DNA of 64,000 nucleotides from positions 56,358,001 through 56,422,000 of the forward strand of contig OZ024742.1 of the NCBI GenBank assembly GCA_964016885.1, written 5' to 3'. Positions within the stretch are counted from its first letter, which is position 1. Each line of letters opens with the position of its first letter. The DNA comes from Eledone cirrhosa (Eukaryota). Made by a program: the position numbers and the translations under genes. Below the pieces are notes generated by a model, which did not search any database, had not been told where the DNA came from, and saw only the letters and a program-made list of their open reading frames with translations. Of the stretch, positions 26,940-41,252 are shown piece after piece.

Positions 26940-26967
<28 letters not shown>

Positions 26968-26973
26968 GACATG

Positions 26974-27030
<57 letters not shown>

Positions 27031-27074
27031 TGACGAAACATAAGTCAATTGCATGAACTCATAATCCTTTATTT

Positions 27075-27130
27075 ACTGCTATATATATTTCGATGATAGC
27101 CATTGAATGGCTATGATCTCATCAGGCAGT
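27075..27130 (-). ncRNA. Type I hammerhead ribozyme
   Basis: ACUGC-CUGAUGA-GAUCAUAGCCA UUCAA UGGCUAUCAUC-GAAA-U AUAU A-UA-GCAGU: canonical core, 5-bp stem I, 10-bp stem II, palindromic loop. Confidence 0.9.
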
Positions 27131-28296
27131 TAGTCAGTTCTTAGATATGCCTGCTCTGTGTTTATAGTTTTGATGGCATCAGAGGCTTGGGACATATATA
27201 TATATATTTATATATATATATAGGAAAAAGTAGGGACTATATATATATGAAAAAGTATGACCCCCAACGGCAGAGCTCAAGCCGTTCCGACGGCTATTTC
27301 TGGATTCAGACGGCTATTTCCGGTCCAAAAATAGCCGTCGAAACGGCTTGAGCTCTTCCGTCGGGGTCATACTTTTTCTTATTTCCCACTCTACTACTCT
27401 AAGTATTGAGTACTCTGGTGCGTTATGGTCCATCTGGTTCCTTACCACATTTCCTTTGTTATATATATATATATATATATTCATTAGTTAAGCAAAACAA
27501 AACCACAAATTTCACAAGGAAGACATTATTAAAAGATAGTCAACATATTTTAGTTTGATGTAAGGAATGTAGAGAATAATAATAATAATATTAATAATAA
27601 AGAAAGAGAGAGAGAGAGAGACTGACAGACAGACAGGGACTGGGAGTTAGCAGACTAGTAAGACCATATTTAGCTAAGTAAACGATGATTGGGAAAGTAG
27701 AGTGTATGTAAAGAGAAAAGTTACAGTCCGATGATGCGCTTACGGCATGAACTTTGTCGTCAGGCACTAACGTTTGACTATACAAACATATAGAGAAGGA
27801 AAGGGTGAGGAAATGAGAGAGAAGAGAAGTGAGAAAGCGGTAGAGAAGAAGAATCAACCCATGTATTGGCTTCTACATTTTTCTATCAACTTCGAAAGAT
27901 TGAAACGCTAAGCTTTCCTCGCCAGACAGTGAACTGAGAAAATGCAGAGAGATGGAAGGCATTCCTTCCGATGTACTAATGACTCTGCCAATTTCATACT
28001 TAAATGTTTAAATTGGTGGTGGTGGTGGTAGGGAGGTTCTACATGATTTTTCAATATCATGTTGCTGAATATGAATGAAACATTGATGAGAACAAAATAT
28101 AGCAACATAAAGGAAATATTGAAATTATTTTGCAGAGTTATTTATGAAATTAAATTGAACTACAGTCAAAATTCTCTAGCAATTTTTGTTTGTACAGCTT
28201 TTCTGACACTAAAATCAATAAAAGAATCAACTAATTATATACAAATAGACAACTTATTTCCATAGTTTTGATAACTGTTTCGAACAGAAAATATCA

Positions 28297-28359
<63 letters not shown>

Positions 28360-29516
28360 ATCTCTCTCTCTCTCCCTCTCTCTCTCTCTCTGGCCCTCAC
28401 ACACACAAAAACATACACACACACATATATATATACATATACACACCCACATGCATACACCTATACACACACTCAAATATACATACATGTATACACATAT
28501 ATCACATACATACATACATACACACATACACACACATATAATTATTTTAGTTTCAGCGATTTTAATTCAGTAATTATGTCTTTCATTTTCAGTGACATTC
28601 ATATTCAAACGAGATTAAATCAATATTGAGTACTCGGTGTTTCAAACTTTATTACGAATGTTTGGTATTTTAGAAATATCTAGAACATATGTATTTATTG
28701 TAACTATTGACACAGCGTTTCTATTTAAATGTAATGTGCTAAAATCTAAAGCAAACATGGCCAGCTGTGCTTTAAAATAAATCACATAGTTTGATATGTA
28801 CATAAAGCTCATCGTATTAATAATTTAAATAAATTCGTTTCAAATATCAATCCATATAATCGTTAAGTTTTCTAAATATGTCTTTCGATATATCACCATT
28901 AGAAGCTGTCAGCAACGTTAAAATATTTATGTCTGTATGATAAATTGACTGTTTAAGATACGGATCTGTTATATGATGTAGTCGGTAGCTAAAGTTTATT
29001 CTGATTAGTTCTGTTCACTTAACTGTGGTTGGCTGCCACACCAATATATATTTAGCGCGTGTTTTGTTGTTGATATCGGATCTCCGTCGTTTTCACAGAA
29101 GACTGTTCAAGTTGTTCAAATAACTAGAAGGCCTGCTCGTGAAATTAACATGCAAATGGCTCAGTAGTATTCCAGAGATATGTGTAATAGACATAACGTG
29201 GTTCTCGACAAGATGCAGTATAATATAATGTGTGATATGACTAACCCTTTGAAATACATAACTGGATCAACGTGAAATAAAGTGACTTGAAGAATAACAC
29301 AAAACACCACCCTGTTCTGAAATGGAACTCACGAATTTCTGATCTCGAGCACAGCATCTTATCTACTTATCCCATGTGAATAATGGGTCAACTACATATA
29401 TGTCCGAGTCAGTTTGGTACCTTGCAGTGTTTAGCATAAACATGCCTATGAAAATCTTTTGGCTAGCGATTGGTTTCACTTTAATCAATGCCTACGGATG
29501 TAGTGTGATTGCTTCT

Positions 29517-29572
29517 GGCTTAGTGGTTAGGAAGTTCGGCTCACGATCGTAGAGTCGCGAATTCAATTGCCA
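29517..29572 (+). repeat. Degenerate tRNA-like SINE head
   Basis: TGGCTTAGTGGTTAGG A-box and a decayed B-box (GAATTCAATT); no full cloverleaf. Confidence 0.45.
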
Positions 29573-31380
29573 CAAACATGTTATATTCACTAGTGTTTAT
29601 ATATCGGCTTACCGTTCAGCTTCCAATCTGTTATTACTTGATGTGAAACAGGCATCGAAATGATGGTGCCTTGATGACATAATTCATTATGAAACAGGTT
29701 TCTCACAAGAAATACACACTGCAATTTAGTCTGATATTTTCTATAACATTGTAAAACGACCCGTACTTTCTGATACATTATATTATTCAAAGAACTGAAG
29801 AACAAGATAAATGCTATTACGGTTGACTTTATTAACATTCGTTACGTATTTATATATACATATATGATTCAAACTAGAGAACACTTCTGTGAACGTTGGT
29901 GTCACGTAACCTACGTATGGATAACTGATAGATGATAATAATTTATTGAATAGATAGACAAATATGCTATCAATGCAGACAGCAATGCTTAGACGTCATT
30001 AAAGGAAACAAATGAAATTAAAACACGTTGGTTTCAGGCGGATAAATAATTGTAGACATGCATAGTATATATTCTTATGTAAACATTCGCACACATTTAT
30101 ATATCTCATGTGCATAGCAATTATTATTGAAATAATGGAATTTTGAATTAAACATTCTAGAGAAGTTGTACAGAAGAAGAATTGGTATAATAATTCAAGT
30201 TGACCTTAGTTCTATCTATGACGCATACATACGAAGATGAGCTGCTACAAATTATTTATTCTCACGTTTTACTATAAATTTGGTCTTCTCCCATTCGGGT
30301 TTCTCTAAATTACTGAATTGTGACAGTCTTATACATATTCTAGTGCATTCAATTTTAAAGTGAATATTAAATTGTTTGGAACGACGTTGAAATCCCTGAG
30401 AATTTTCTCTGTATAAGAAGCAATAAATAATAACATCGATATATGAAAGGAAAAGTGGGAATGCATTTCTTTCGCACCTCATCAGATCATAGACTTACAA
30501 ACGCGATAAAAGAAGGCCAATGCTTTCCCGATGATTTATCTTTTCTCTATCCTTGGTATCTGTGCACCAAATAACACTAGAAATACACTGTTTTTATTAG
30601 AGCTTAAAACCTTTTGTAATAAAAATGGCAGGCATATCTGAACAATTTCTAGTAAATAAATCTAACGGATTTAACAGCATCGATTTAGTTCAGAACTCAT
30701 AACTACGTTGAACATAACTACATCATTAGAGAGAACTTAAATGATTTTCGAACGTGTTTCTATATCCTCCTCCAAGCGTTAATGTATTCCTCCTCCAAGC
30801 GTTTCGAACTTCATAAAATGTAAGGTATCTACTTGATGATCATTAGACGCCAGAGTGATTATTGTTCAAATCATGCTTATCAATAGTGAATATAAAAATA
30901 GTTTAGAAAATATTTTTCTCTTAAATAAATGTATATCAACACCAGAAAAACAAAATTACAAAACGAAAACATAATCATTAGAAATATGTTTGAGAGTTTT
31001 TATCAGATGAAAATTGCGAGTAAATATTTTATAGATATTATCGTTTTTACTACACCATCAGTTTTGCTAATAAATAATGAGAAATCAAAGTATTATGTAA
31101 TACAGAAACTTATCGTAATCTCATTTAACTCCATTTTGTAATGAATGAAACAAATTGAGAATAAAAGCGAGAAGGAAATTATAATAATCGTCCATTTTAA
31201 ATCATCATTTCTTTGATATATCCATCTAGTGTGTTTTCCTGAAGAATGCATACTCTTTAAAAGACTAGTTCATCAAAGTTAGTATATGTGTGGAGAGAGA
31301 AGAGAAACATACATACAGGCAGATAAAGAGAGAGACTGACAGGCGAACAGACAACCAGACTAACATATAGATAGATAGAT

Positions 31381-31441
31381 TTCTTTATTTGCCACAAGGG
31401 CGCACAAGAAAAGGGGACATGCCGGGGATTTTACATACACT
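31381..31441 (-). mobile_element. Extreme 3' fragment of a Tx1-like LINE inside (GATA)n
   Basis: Reverse complement matches 8041-8114 (GTATGTAAAATCCCCGGCATG..CCCCTTTTCTTGTGCGCCCTTGTGGCAAATAAAGAA); (GATA)n on both sides. Confidence 0.9.
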
Positions 31442-31492
31442 CAGATAGATGGATAGATAGATAAATACATAGATAGATAGATAGATAGATAG

Positions 31493-31545
<53 letters not shown>

Positions 31546-31907
31546 GGATAGATAGACAGCTGTACATATTGCAACTTTTAAAACAAATGGATGTTTGTGT
31601 AAATTTCTGGATGAGTGTGGTGACATAAGGGTCATTATTTTTATAATTAGTTACAATTTCCGACGGTAATTTGTTCAATTAGCACGTAACCCGAAAAACG
31701 AGATTCTATTATGCTGGTAATTAGAAAACTATATTCAAGAGGTATTTCTGCATATACCCGCATTTCAGTTCAACGCTTGTATTGTTGAGTACTTCAAAAT
31801 CTTCTATTAGATTCTACTTATCAAGCAGAGAGAGAATAAATCTATTCGATCCGTTAACGTGAGGTGTTTCGATTTCGGTTTTAATTACATATAAACTTAT
31901 TGAACAG

Positions 31908-32233
31908 ATTTCAATATTATTCTCCTTGAAAATTCGAATCAGAATTTCTCTGAGTACGCAAAAGCTGACACACAATATCCCGTTCAAGCAGTGTCAAAAC
32001 ATCATCAACTTGGAGATTTATCCACAAATACAAGCACTTCAGATTTGCAATATCTTAGCAGTTTAAATTCAAGTACCGCAGATAACCATTACAGTATTGG
32101 ATCTGATTTATATCTGAAAAATAGTCTCCAAAAGCGCGCGCAGAAATTGTGTTTAAGAGGATATAGAAGAGGATACACTTCTTCAGAATCAAACAAGGCA
32201 ATTATAGCTAACTGTGACAATATATCTAAATGA
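31908..32233 (+). CDS. Candidate coding exon, unknown product
   Basis: About 108 open codons after AACAG (DFNIILLENSNQNFSEYAKADTQYPVQAVSKHHQ...DNISK*); weak polypyrimidine tract, no domain. Confidence 0.2.
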
Positions 32234-32550
32234 GGAAATAGCTTAAATTAAATATGAATTAATAATCACGTAGGAAAGAAATCCGTCTAAGTAAAGTATG
32301 TCAGTAAGACAGGGATAGGAATACGGCAATCTCAGAATCAAAATGTCTATTCCAACTGCTAAATTAAAACTCCAAATCAGAGAAGTATTTATTAGCCGGT
32401 GTCTAGCAGACACTGATTCCCTTCCACAGTTCAGTGAATTTGCATTTATAATATTTCACCACTTCCATAGTTTCGTTACCTCGGGAGCTGTAACATAGGT
32501 GGTACGAACATACGACAATAGAGTTTCATGGTATTTACCCATGGCGTTCA

Positions 32551-32611
<61 letters not shown>

Positions 32612-32664
32612 TTAGTTTACCATACCGAGAACAAATGTTTCACCTTAAGCGGATCATAGCACGG

Positions 32665-32801
<137 letters not shown>

Positions 32802-32845
32802 TAATTCAAAATATTAACAAAATAGATATTCTTGTGATCAATTAT

Positions 32846-32910
32846 ATTTTATTATACATATTTCAGAGGTACTGAATTAAGTTCAACAGTACGTCCTCAT
32901 CAGATAAAAT
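32846..32910 (-). ncRNA. Type I hammerhead ribozyme (family with 52929 and 56710)
   Basis: AUUUUAU-CUGAUGA-GG AC GUACUG...CAGUAC CU CU-GAAA-UAUGUA-UA-AUAAAAU; 7-bp stem I. Confidence 0.85.
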
Positions 32911-34682
32911 AAAATGATACATGACATACCCCGACATATTAGATGGTTAAGATTTAGTCATGGTAGTGATTAACTTATGACAAAACTCAATATTTATACC
33001 CTAATATTGAGAATGTGAGAAAACGTAATACAAACAATAGAGAGAGTGTGAGTAATATATTTTAAGAAATACATGGCATCAATATACCAGCTATAGAATT
33101 TTTAATTTTTAAAAACTACTAGAGAAAGAGGAGGGAAAGGAAAGCATATAAGAAGAAACAGCTGATGTGATAACTTATTTAGTATTTAGCTTGAGAAGAT
33201 AGATGAAAGATGATTAAAGAGAGAGAGAGACAAAGGGGAGTAATTTATGTTCAAGTTTCTACACACACATATTCTTATATAGTATAGTTGGCGGTTAATT
33301 TTCAAAATATTTAATTTATGTTATTTCAGGGTAAAGAATCAAATTTTAGGTATTTGTATTAATATTATAATATAATTATGTTAAATTTCTAAAATTCAAA
33401 TTTTATGAAAACAAATTTAAAGGATTTACGAAACCCGAGAAAGAAAGAAAATATATATATATAATGTTTTATATCCCCACGAAGGTAATCTTTACCAAAA
33501 TTACTTATAATATTGACAACAGTTTCTATAATATAATTTATAAGATATTTATAGCTATAACTATTAAAGAATGTATTGTTAAATAGTTTGAGTGCCTAAA
33601 GTATCGACCGGCCTTATAATTAAACTTAAAGAAGTCAAAATTTTCAACTATATATATGTATTGATCATAATAAACCAAGCTTATAGTTTATTATTTATTC
33701 ATATATTGTATTAAGTAAATCATTATATAAGTTCGACCTTCCAGGGAAAACCAAACACTTATAATAATAAATAATGTCATTTGTGTGTTTAAATTATTTA
33801 TAAATGTACGATTATGTTATTACACTAGATAAAGATATTTGTACACACTATATATATATATAATTATATGTATTAATGAAACGGTATACATTTAATAAAG
33901 AATAATAATTATAATCATTGTTAATAATGCTATAATTGTAGTTTTACCTCCAGTTCAGTGGAGAGATAGACCAATATTTGTCAGCTATTATGGTTTGTTA
34001 AATATACATAAAAAGACAAAGTCCCCCAAAACCATCTCAAAATGAGTAAAATATATACATATATATATAAAAAATATGCAAACGCATGAATGATCCACAG
34101 TTCAAATTATAATCAGTAAATTTACAATCTAAACTATATATTTAAAACAGAGACAGAAAAATAAAGATCTGAATCAAAGTTAAAAATATCCAAAAAATCA
34201 TAGGGTATGCATATCTATCAAGTAAACAAGTTATCGAACAAGTGTCATTCATTCAAACATTAATTCCATTATAAATGATTAGAAGATAAAGCATTATTAG
34301 AGTTTTATAAACCGTTAGGACTTATATGTACAGCAGTTGATAATAGACGTCGAAAACCAGGCTTCATTGCTTACTGTTTTTTCCTGACTTTTTGCGACGC
34401 TTTATGAATATATATATATATATATTTATATATACATATAAATATATACATATATATTTATATGTATATATATATATATACATATATATTTATATATTTA
34501 ATACAATAACAGAGATAGTTTAAAGCTAAACTCTGACTGGTAACCATCTCACTCAACAAACATTAGGTTATATTAAAATATAAACCCAATTTAAGTGTTT
34601 GGGGTGCTAACAATATGTATAATGTGGAAAGACCAGTTGTATTATTTTATGAGATATAATTAAAGTTAAAGTACTTCTCTCT

Positions 34683-34808
34683 TTCCAAACAATTGTTTCA
34701 TTATAAATTTTCTACAAGTTTGGGAGAATGTTTCCAGTTTATGTAGAAGCCTAATATATATTCATGTAAGAATATATTTAGGTGGGCACTTATAAATCAT
34801 CAGTGGAA
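34683..34808 (-). ncRNA. Type I hammerhead ribozyme with long branched stem II (copy B)
   Basis: UUCCA-CUGAUGA-UUUAUAAGU...AUUUAUAAU-GAAAC-AAUU-GUU-UGGAA; covaries with 22083-22209. Confidence 0.85.
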
Positions 34809-35103
34809 GCCCATTAAACATTGATATAAGAAAACAATTTCTTACCGCTGTCAAAAATCATGTCCGTAAAGTTGCTCTCTCTCACCTCGAATGATCGCCA
34901 AATTTGAAATTTGAAATTCCAGCAGTTTTTGACTGAGGAAGTATCATAGCGACACGAAGCGGGAAGGGGAGACAACCCACGATCCACGAAATGAGGAAAA
35001 AAAAATAATATACACGCGGGTTAATTAGTTATATATTAGTTATATATTAGTTATATTTTTATATATATATTTTAAAATGTGTGTAATCCTTGGTACAGTT
35101 AGG

Positions 35104-35357
35104 TATATTAAGACAGGGGGGAAGAAAAAATGGCTTCACTTGTGCTTTCAACAAATTTATTTTCTTCACAAAATCCAAAAAGAATTTTTCTTAAAAAAAA
35201 TTATTTTGTAAATTAAGTTGTTGGTTGAACCAACCACCAACCAACCAACAACTTAATTTATAAAATAATTTTTATTAAGAAAAATTCTTTTTGGATTTTG
35301 TGAAGAAAATAAATTTGTTGAAAACACAAGTGAAGCCATTTTTTCTTCCCCCCTGTC

Positions 35358-35365
<8 letters not shown>
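35104..35365. repeat. Fold-back element with ~125-bp arms and an (AACC)n-like centre, abutting (TA)n
   Basis: TATATTAAGACAGGGGGGAAGAAAAAATGGCTTCACTTGTG... mirrored by ...CACAAGTGAAGCCATTTTTTCTTCCCCCCTGTCTTAATATA. Confidence 0.9.
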
Positions 35366-35439
<74 letters not shown>

Positions 35440-35571
35440 TATATGTATATATATATACATATAAATATATATGTATATATTTATATGTATATATAAATAT
35501 ATATATATATATTCATAAAGCCTCGCAAAAAGTCATATATATATATATATATATGTGAATATATATATATA

Positions 35572-35631
<60 letters not shown>

Positions 35632-35696
35632 AATATATATATATATATATGTGTATATATTTATACATATATGTATATATATATATATACACACAC

Positions 35697-35761
<65 letters not shown>

Positions 35762-35868
35762 TATGTATATATATATACATATAAATATATATATATATGT
35801 ATATATATACATATATATATATGTATGTATATACGTACATATATGTTTGTATGTACATACATACATAC

Positions 35869-35926
<58 letters not shown>

Positions 35927-36039
35927 GTATTCTACTACTACCATGCTACCACCCACTGCCATATGGACACATGCTACTGGTAAATGAGATCAGGTTACAT
36001 AGAAAAGGATAGAAAAGGATAGAAAAGTATAGGAAATAC

Positions 36040-37273
36040 GGAGTGTCAACTAATACCAAATTGCATACGTATATCATTGCTGAAATTACGGACAGTGTCA
36101 ACAAGCACAGCAAACTCCTTCTCACTCTTCCCGAAGAGCTTAAGATCGCGCATGAAGAGGAGGTGATTGATGGCAAGCTCTCCTTTTCTCAACTTGTATC
36201 CTGCTCTTACTTTTCGCAGTATAATGGTCAGGGGTATCAGGGCAAGGACAAACAACAGAGGGGACAAACTATCTCCCTGGAAGATACCTCTCTTGATCTT
36301 CACGCCTCCCAAGGATTCTCCACCCGATGTTAACTCTGTTTTCCAGGACTTCATACTTTTGCTCAACAACTGTCTGATGTTATCTGCCACCTTGAAGATC
36401 TCTAGGCTTTTGGTTATCCAAGAAAGAGGTACCATGTCGAATGCCTTTTTGTAGTCTATCCATCCCATGGCAAGACCAGTGTGTCTCCTCTTGCAATTCC
36501 TCATTACCATCTTATCAATAAGTAACTGGTCCTTTGTACCACGGGACTTCTTTCGGCATCCTTTCTGTTCGTCCGGTAACAAGTTGTTTATGTGGAGCTG
36601 ATGGTAGATTTCCTCAGACACAATGCTTGTTAACAGATTCCACATTACCGACAGACATGTGATAGGTCTATAGTTGGCAACATCATTACCCTAGATTCGG
36701 TCTTTCATTACCAGAACTGTGGTACCTTTTGTCAACCACTCTGGTACCTCACCCGACATCAAGCAGTCATTGAACATGGTTGTCAGTTTCGGGTGGAGGG
36801 ATGTTATATTTTTACTCCAATACCCCTGCACACCATCTGGGCCTGGTGATTTCCAGTTGTTTAGTTTTTTGGCCTGCCCTTTAAGAGTTTCAACTGTGAT
36901 ACTCAAATCAGTTTGTTGGAGTGCCTGTTCACTAATCTCCTTTTGTACTGTCTCAATCCACACTGCCTGATCATTATGTTCAACATCCTACTCCCATATT
37001 CCTCCCCAGAATGTCTTAGTCTGTTCCGCCTCAGGGATCAAGTCGTTGCCTCTTTCTTTCCCTTCAAGCTGTCCAAACAATATCTTCTGGTTGTTGTCGA
37101 ACATGCGGTTCTGTCTATACTGACTGACTCTGCTCTCATATCGCCTAATCTGTGCACTCTTTGCTACAATGCGTTGCTTCAGTTCCTCTATGATAATATT
37201 TAGCTTTTTCCTCCTAGTTTTGTACTTTATTTCCAGTCTATGTTTAGTGTCTATGTTTTGTAGTGTTCCATTC
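36040..37273 (-). mobile_element. R4/Dong-like non-LTR retrotransposon RT remnant
   Basis: [74 protein letters not shown] (catalytic DD damaged); in-frame stops; truncated at both ends. Confidence 0.88.
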
Positions 37274-37274
37274 A

Positions 37275-40200
37275 CGAACATAAGACTGGTAAAAATAGCA
37301 CAGAAACAATACACAAACATTAAAACGAATTTCCCCAACGCAGTTGGTGATTTCAGAGACCTAGGAGGGACTCTAAACCGGAGAGTATATTCGGACATAA
37401 TCATTAGAAGAGCCGACGACCAGCCGAAGGGACGATTCAACGGTCCCTTCACCAGACGATCAAGTGAAAAGGGATGGTGAAACCATCCTTCCTCTACGAA
37501 AAGTACGGTAAGTGGTCTTTCCCATCTTTTCCACTCCATTTTAAACATGACCTCACTCAGAATAGGCAGCATAAATGCGCATGGCTTAGGGTCGTCATGG
37601 AAGCAGGGTCACCTGCTCAACGACCTCAGGTCACTAAACATAGATGTAGTGGCCATCAGCGAGACCAGAATCTCCGAAGCACGGGCCTTCACACCGATCT
37701 TCGGCGGCTATGATGTGTACGCATCTCCCAGCCGTCCTGGATCGGAGGGAGGTGTTGCTGTGCTTTTTCGGTGAGGCTTGGATCTCGCCATACAGGGCCA
37801 TCTTCCTGGACCCAGAGGGTAAGTTGGTGGTGCTGGACGTGACCAGCGGAGACGGGCAAGCTTTCAGGCTAGTGGCCGTCTATGCCCCGACAGTAGCAGG
37901 GCGGCCTGATTTCTTCCGGCGTCTGGAGACCTTTCTTGGAACGTCCCGCTCTTTAGTGTTAGTGGGCGACTGGAACGGGATCTTAGATGCACGCTGGGAC
38001 GGTGTGGGATTAGTGGATAGGGGAGGAGGGTGCAAGAGTCTCACCAACCTGCTGAGGCGTTTTGAACTGTCTGACAGGGAACCGATTGGATTTCCCGAAT
38101 GTACCAATGTGGACTTGGACAAATCGCATAGGGTCATCCAGATCATATCTAGATAGAGTATTTTGTAGGGAAATAGATAGGTCTAGCATAGGCTGTCCAC
38201 AATTCAAGATAGTAAGCTACACGGACCACAAATTCGTGATCTGTGTGCTTGACTTAGATAGGCTTCATAGACGAGGACCCGGCTACTGGAAGTTAAACGC
38301 GTCCTTACCAGCGCGCAAGGCCTACAGAGACCGGATTAGCGAACTAGTTAAGCGGGCGTTGAGGGTAGCCATCGTCAACAACAAGTGGTGGTTTGCTCTG
38401 AAAAGAGCAATTAGAATAGAGTCCATTAGGTTTAGTAAGGCTTTAGCAATAGAGAAAAATAGAGCAGAGGGAGAACTAGTTAGAAAATTAGACGAGGCGC
38501 TTTGCAAAGGCATCGCGACCGACGTATTGCGGCGAAATTGGCCCTTGACCAATTCTTCAATGCAAAGCACGAAGGCTGCGTTGTCAGAGCTAGGGTGCGT
38601 GCTCTCAGACACGAGGGGACGAAAGCCGTTCAATGGGCCCGAGTGGCGGAGGCGCGTCGTGGCAACAAAGCCTCGATCCGGTCTTTGGTGGACCACGACG
38701 GGCGCATGCTACTCGATCCCGGGCAAATGTGTGAAGCTTTTCAGCGACACTTCGCTCAACTGCTCGGGGGCAGCGGCGGGCCGGATCGAGAGATGGACTT
38801 TAGTGTCTACCTCGACGGACTGCCGCGGCTCTCGGCCACTGAGGCGGAGTGTTGCGAAAAGCCGATAACAGCCGCTGAAGTACGGGAGGCAATGACTGGC
38901 TGCACAAGGGGTAAATTGCCTGGTGGTTTTGATAGTCTGCCCTATGAACTTTACGTACAAATGCCAGACTTGTTCGGAGGCCTCTTGGCGGACGTCTACT
39001 GCAACTGGCAACAGAACGGGAGAATTCCCAGTTCTGTGAGCCGAGGAGCGGTGGCACTGCTGAGAAAAGATCCGAACAAGGGGGATAACATAGATAATTT
39101 CCGGCCCATAAACACAGAGTTCGAAATTTTGGCCAAGGTGCTAGCAAAGAGCTTGGCGCTTGTCGTTGGTGGTCTGGTGGGAGAGGCGCAGACATGCGCC
39201 ATTCCCGACAGATCCATCCACGACAACCTCCACCTCATGCGATACATCGTAGAGAGGGTAGCTAGGGAACCTGGCACGGGTGGGTCCTTGATAAATTTAG
39301 ATCAGTCGAAAGCTTTCGATAGGGTCGACCATCGTTACCTAGCGGCAGTCCTGAGGGCGGCTGGCTTTGGGCCCGTCTTCAGAGGCTGGATCGCTGCCAT
39401 GCACAGCGACATCTGCTCTGTGGTGAGAGTGAACGGCCACCTGTCGGAACCGTTCAACATCATGCGCTCGGTCCGCCAAGGATGTCCCCTCTCGTCCCTC
39501 TTGTACGTATTGACTCTCCAGCCATTACTGCACAAACTGGAGACGTTGAGGGGCGTCCCGCGCGAACTAGGATGCGGAAGATCCGTCTCAGCATATGCGG
39601 ACGATGTCACCGTAGTGGTGTCGAACGCCAAACACATCGAGGCGATCGGCACTACACTAAGAGAATACGAAGCGGTGACAGGAGCAATGATCAACCAGGA
39701 AAAGTCAGTGGGCCTGCAGCTCGGCACCTGGAGAGGCAGGTCCATGCCGTCCAACAGCGTCGTCGGACGCTGGACGGACGGACCGGTTAGTTTGCTAGGG
39801 GTCTGGTTCGGTCCGGACCTCCAGACGGACAAAAACTGGGACGAGGTGACGAGCAGGGTGGCTTCTCTCACCCAGAAATGGGCGGAGTGGAAGCTATCCC
39901 TGAAAGGTCGAGCGGAAGTGGCTAACGCGTACATCGCGTCTGTCATCTGCTACCGCCTGACCGTCGTACCTTGTCCTAAGCCTCGCCTGACTGCGCTGGA
40001 GAGTTTGCTCTTTCGCTTTTTGTGGAAGGGACGCGCTCCGATGGTCAGGCGGTCCATCTGTTGTCAACACCCGCTACGTGGAGGGCTGGGCATGCCGTGG
40101 CTGATGATGCGCAGGCACGCGCTCAGGCTACGACATCTCCACCTCTTCCTCGACGGTGATCAGGTGTGGTCGCCGTTTGCTAGGCGCGTATTTCCCCAGC

Positions 40201-41209
40201 TCGTTTCCTTGACGGAGCTGCAGTCCTGGGTCAAGCGAAGACCGAGAGGGAGCGCCTGGAGACTGGAATGTCTTCAGGCGCTCACAGCCCTCGACCAATC
40301 GGGCAATGTGATCGGTGGAAACTCCACCTCGGCGTTCTATAGAGGATTAGTGGAGGGGAAGAGCGACGACGTACTTGGGGAAACTCTAGGCGTCGACGAA
40401 AATCAACTAGCCAATCTCTTCGGAAGAACTTTCGGGCCGGGACCTATGGACAACTTCCAGAAATCTCTGGCCTGGCAGTGCTACCGAGGAGCCTTGCCAG
40501 TTCGGGATAAACTCTACAGGCATGGAGGTGCCGTCAGCCGGGCATGTCCGAGATGCGCGCAGGGCGACGAAACCGTCCTGCACGCACTCGTCCAGTGTCC
40601 GAAAATCGCTGACTTGTGGGTTTATGTCGAACACCTGCTGTCGCGTCTAGGACGGATCCGGCTATCATCTGAGTCCATCGTGAGGATTGCCCCGCCCTCC
40701 TCCTTTAGCCGGGAAGGGCAGGCAGTTTTTATCTGTCTGGTGGCCATGGCGAAAGAGATAGTATGGTGGACACGTTTGAAAGGGCTGAAGACGAGCACTT
40801 ACCTCTTCGGTGATGCTCTGATTGACTTTTTCAAATTTCATTTGAAAAGGAAAATCAGAGTAGAGAGGGAAGTGCTCTCTTCCCAGCATTTTGTTGAAAG
40901 ATGGGTGAGAGAAGCAAGAATGGCCCGAGTGAATGGGCCTACTCTGAGTATATATCTGTAAATTAAAGGTGGAAAACTGGGAGAGGGCACTTGCCTTGGT
41001 GGTCAGGGTCATTGTGGCTTTTTACTGGGCTTTCTCCACAAATGTCCCTCCGAAGTCTCCCCCCTATTGGAGAATTGTTCATTGTTATTTTTTGTTACAT
41101 CCTCTGTTTTTGTTTTTTACACGCAGAAATGCCCATTTGTACCGTCCTGCATTGTCCTGCACTGTCCTTAATGTCTACTTTATGTAAACCCTTGTGGTTA
41201 ATAAAGAAA

Positions 41210-41210
<1 letters not shown>
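37275..41210 (+). mobile_element. Tx1-like LINE copy 5: probable ORF1 3' end, complete but frameshifted ORF2 (37547-40961), 3' UTR, (TTA)n tail
   Basis: MTSLRIGSINAHGL...ISET (APE start), GDWN, TDH; 819-aa ORF 38502-40961 with KAFDRV, QGCPLS, AYADD, CPRC; AATAAA then (TTA)n 41212-41251. Confidence 0.95.

Positions 41211-41252
<42 letters not shown>

Noticed and set aside
29517-29572. tRNA gene
   Set aside because: Only a degenerate A/B-box head with no cloverleaf; more likely SINE-derived.
36988-37572. 194-aa minus ORF as a single gene
   Set aside because: Chimeric read-through from antisense Tx1 sequence into the R4/Dong-like remnant at ~37274.
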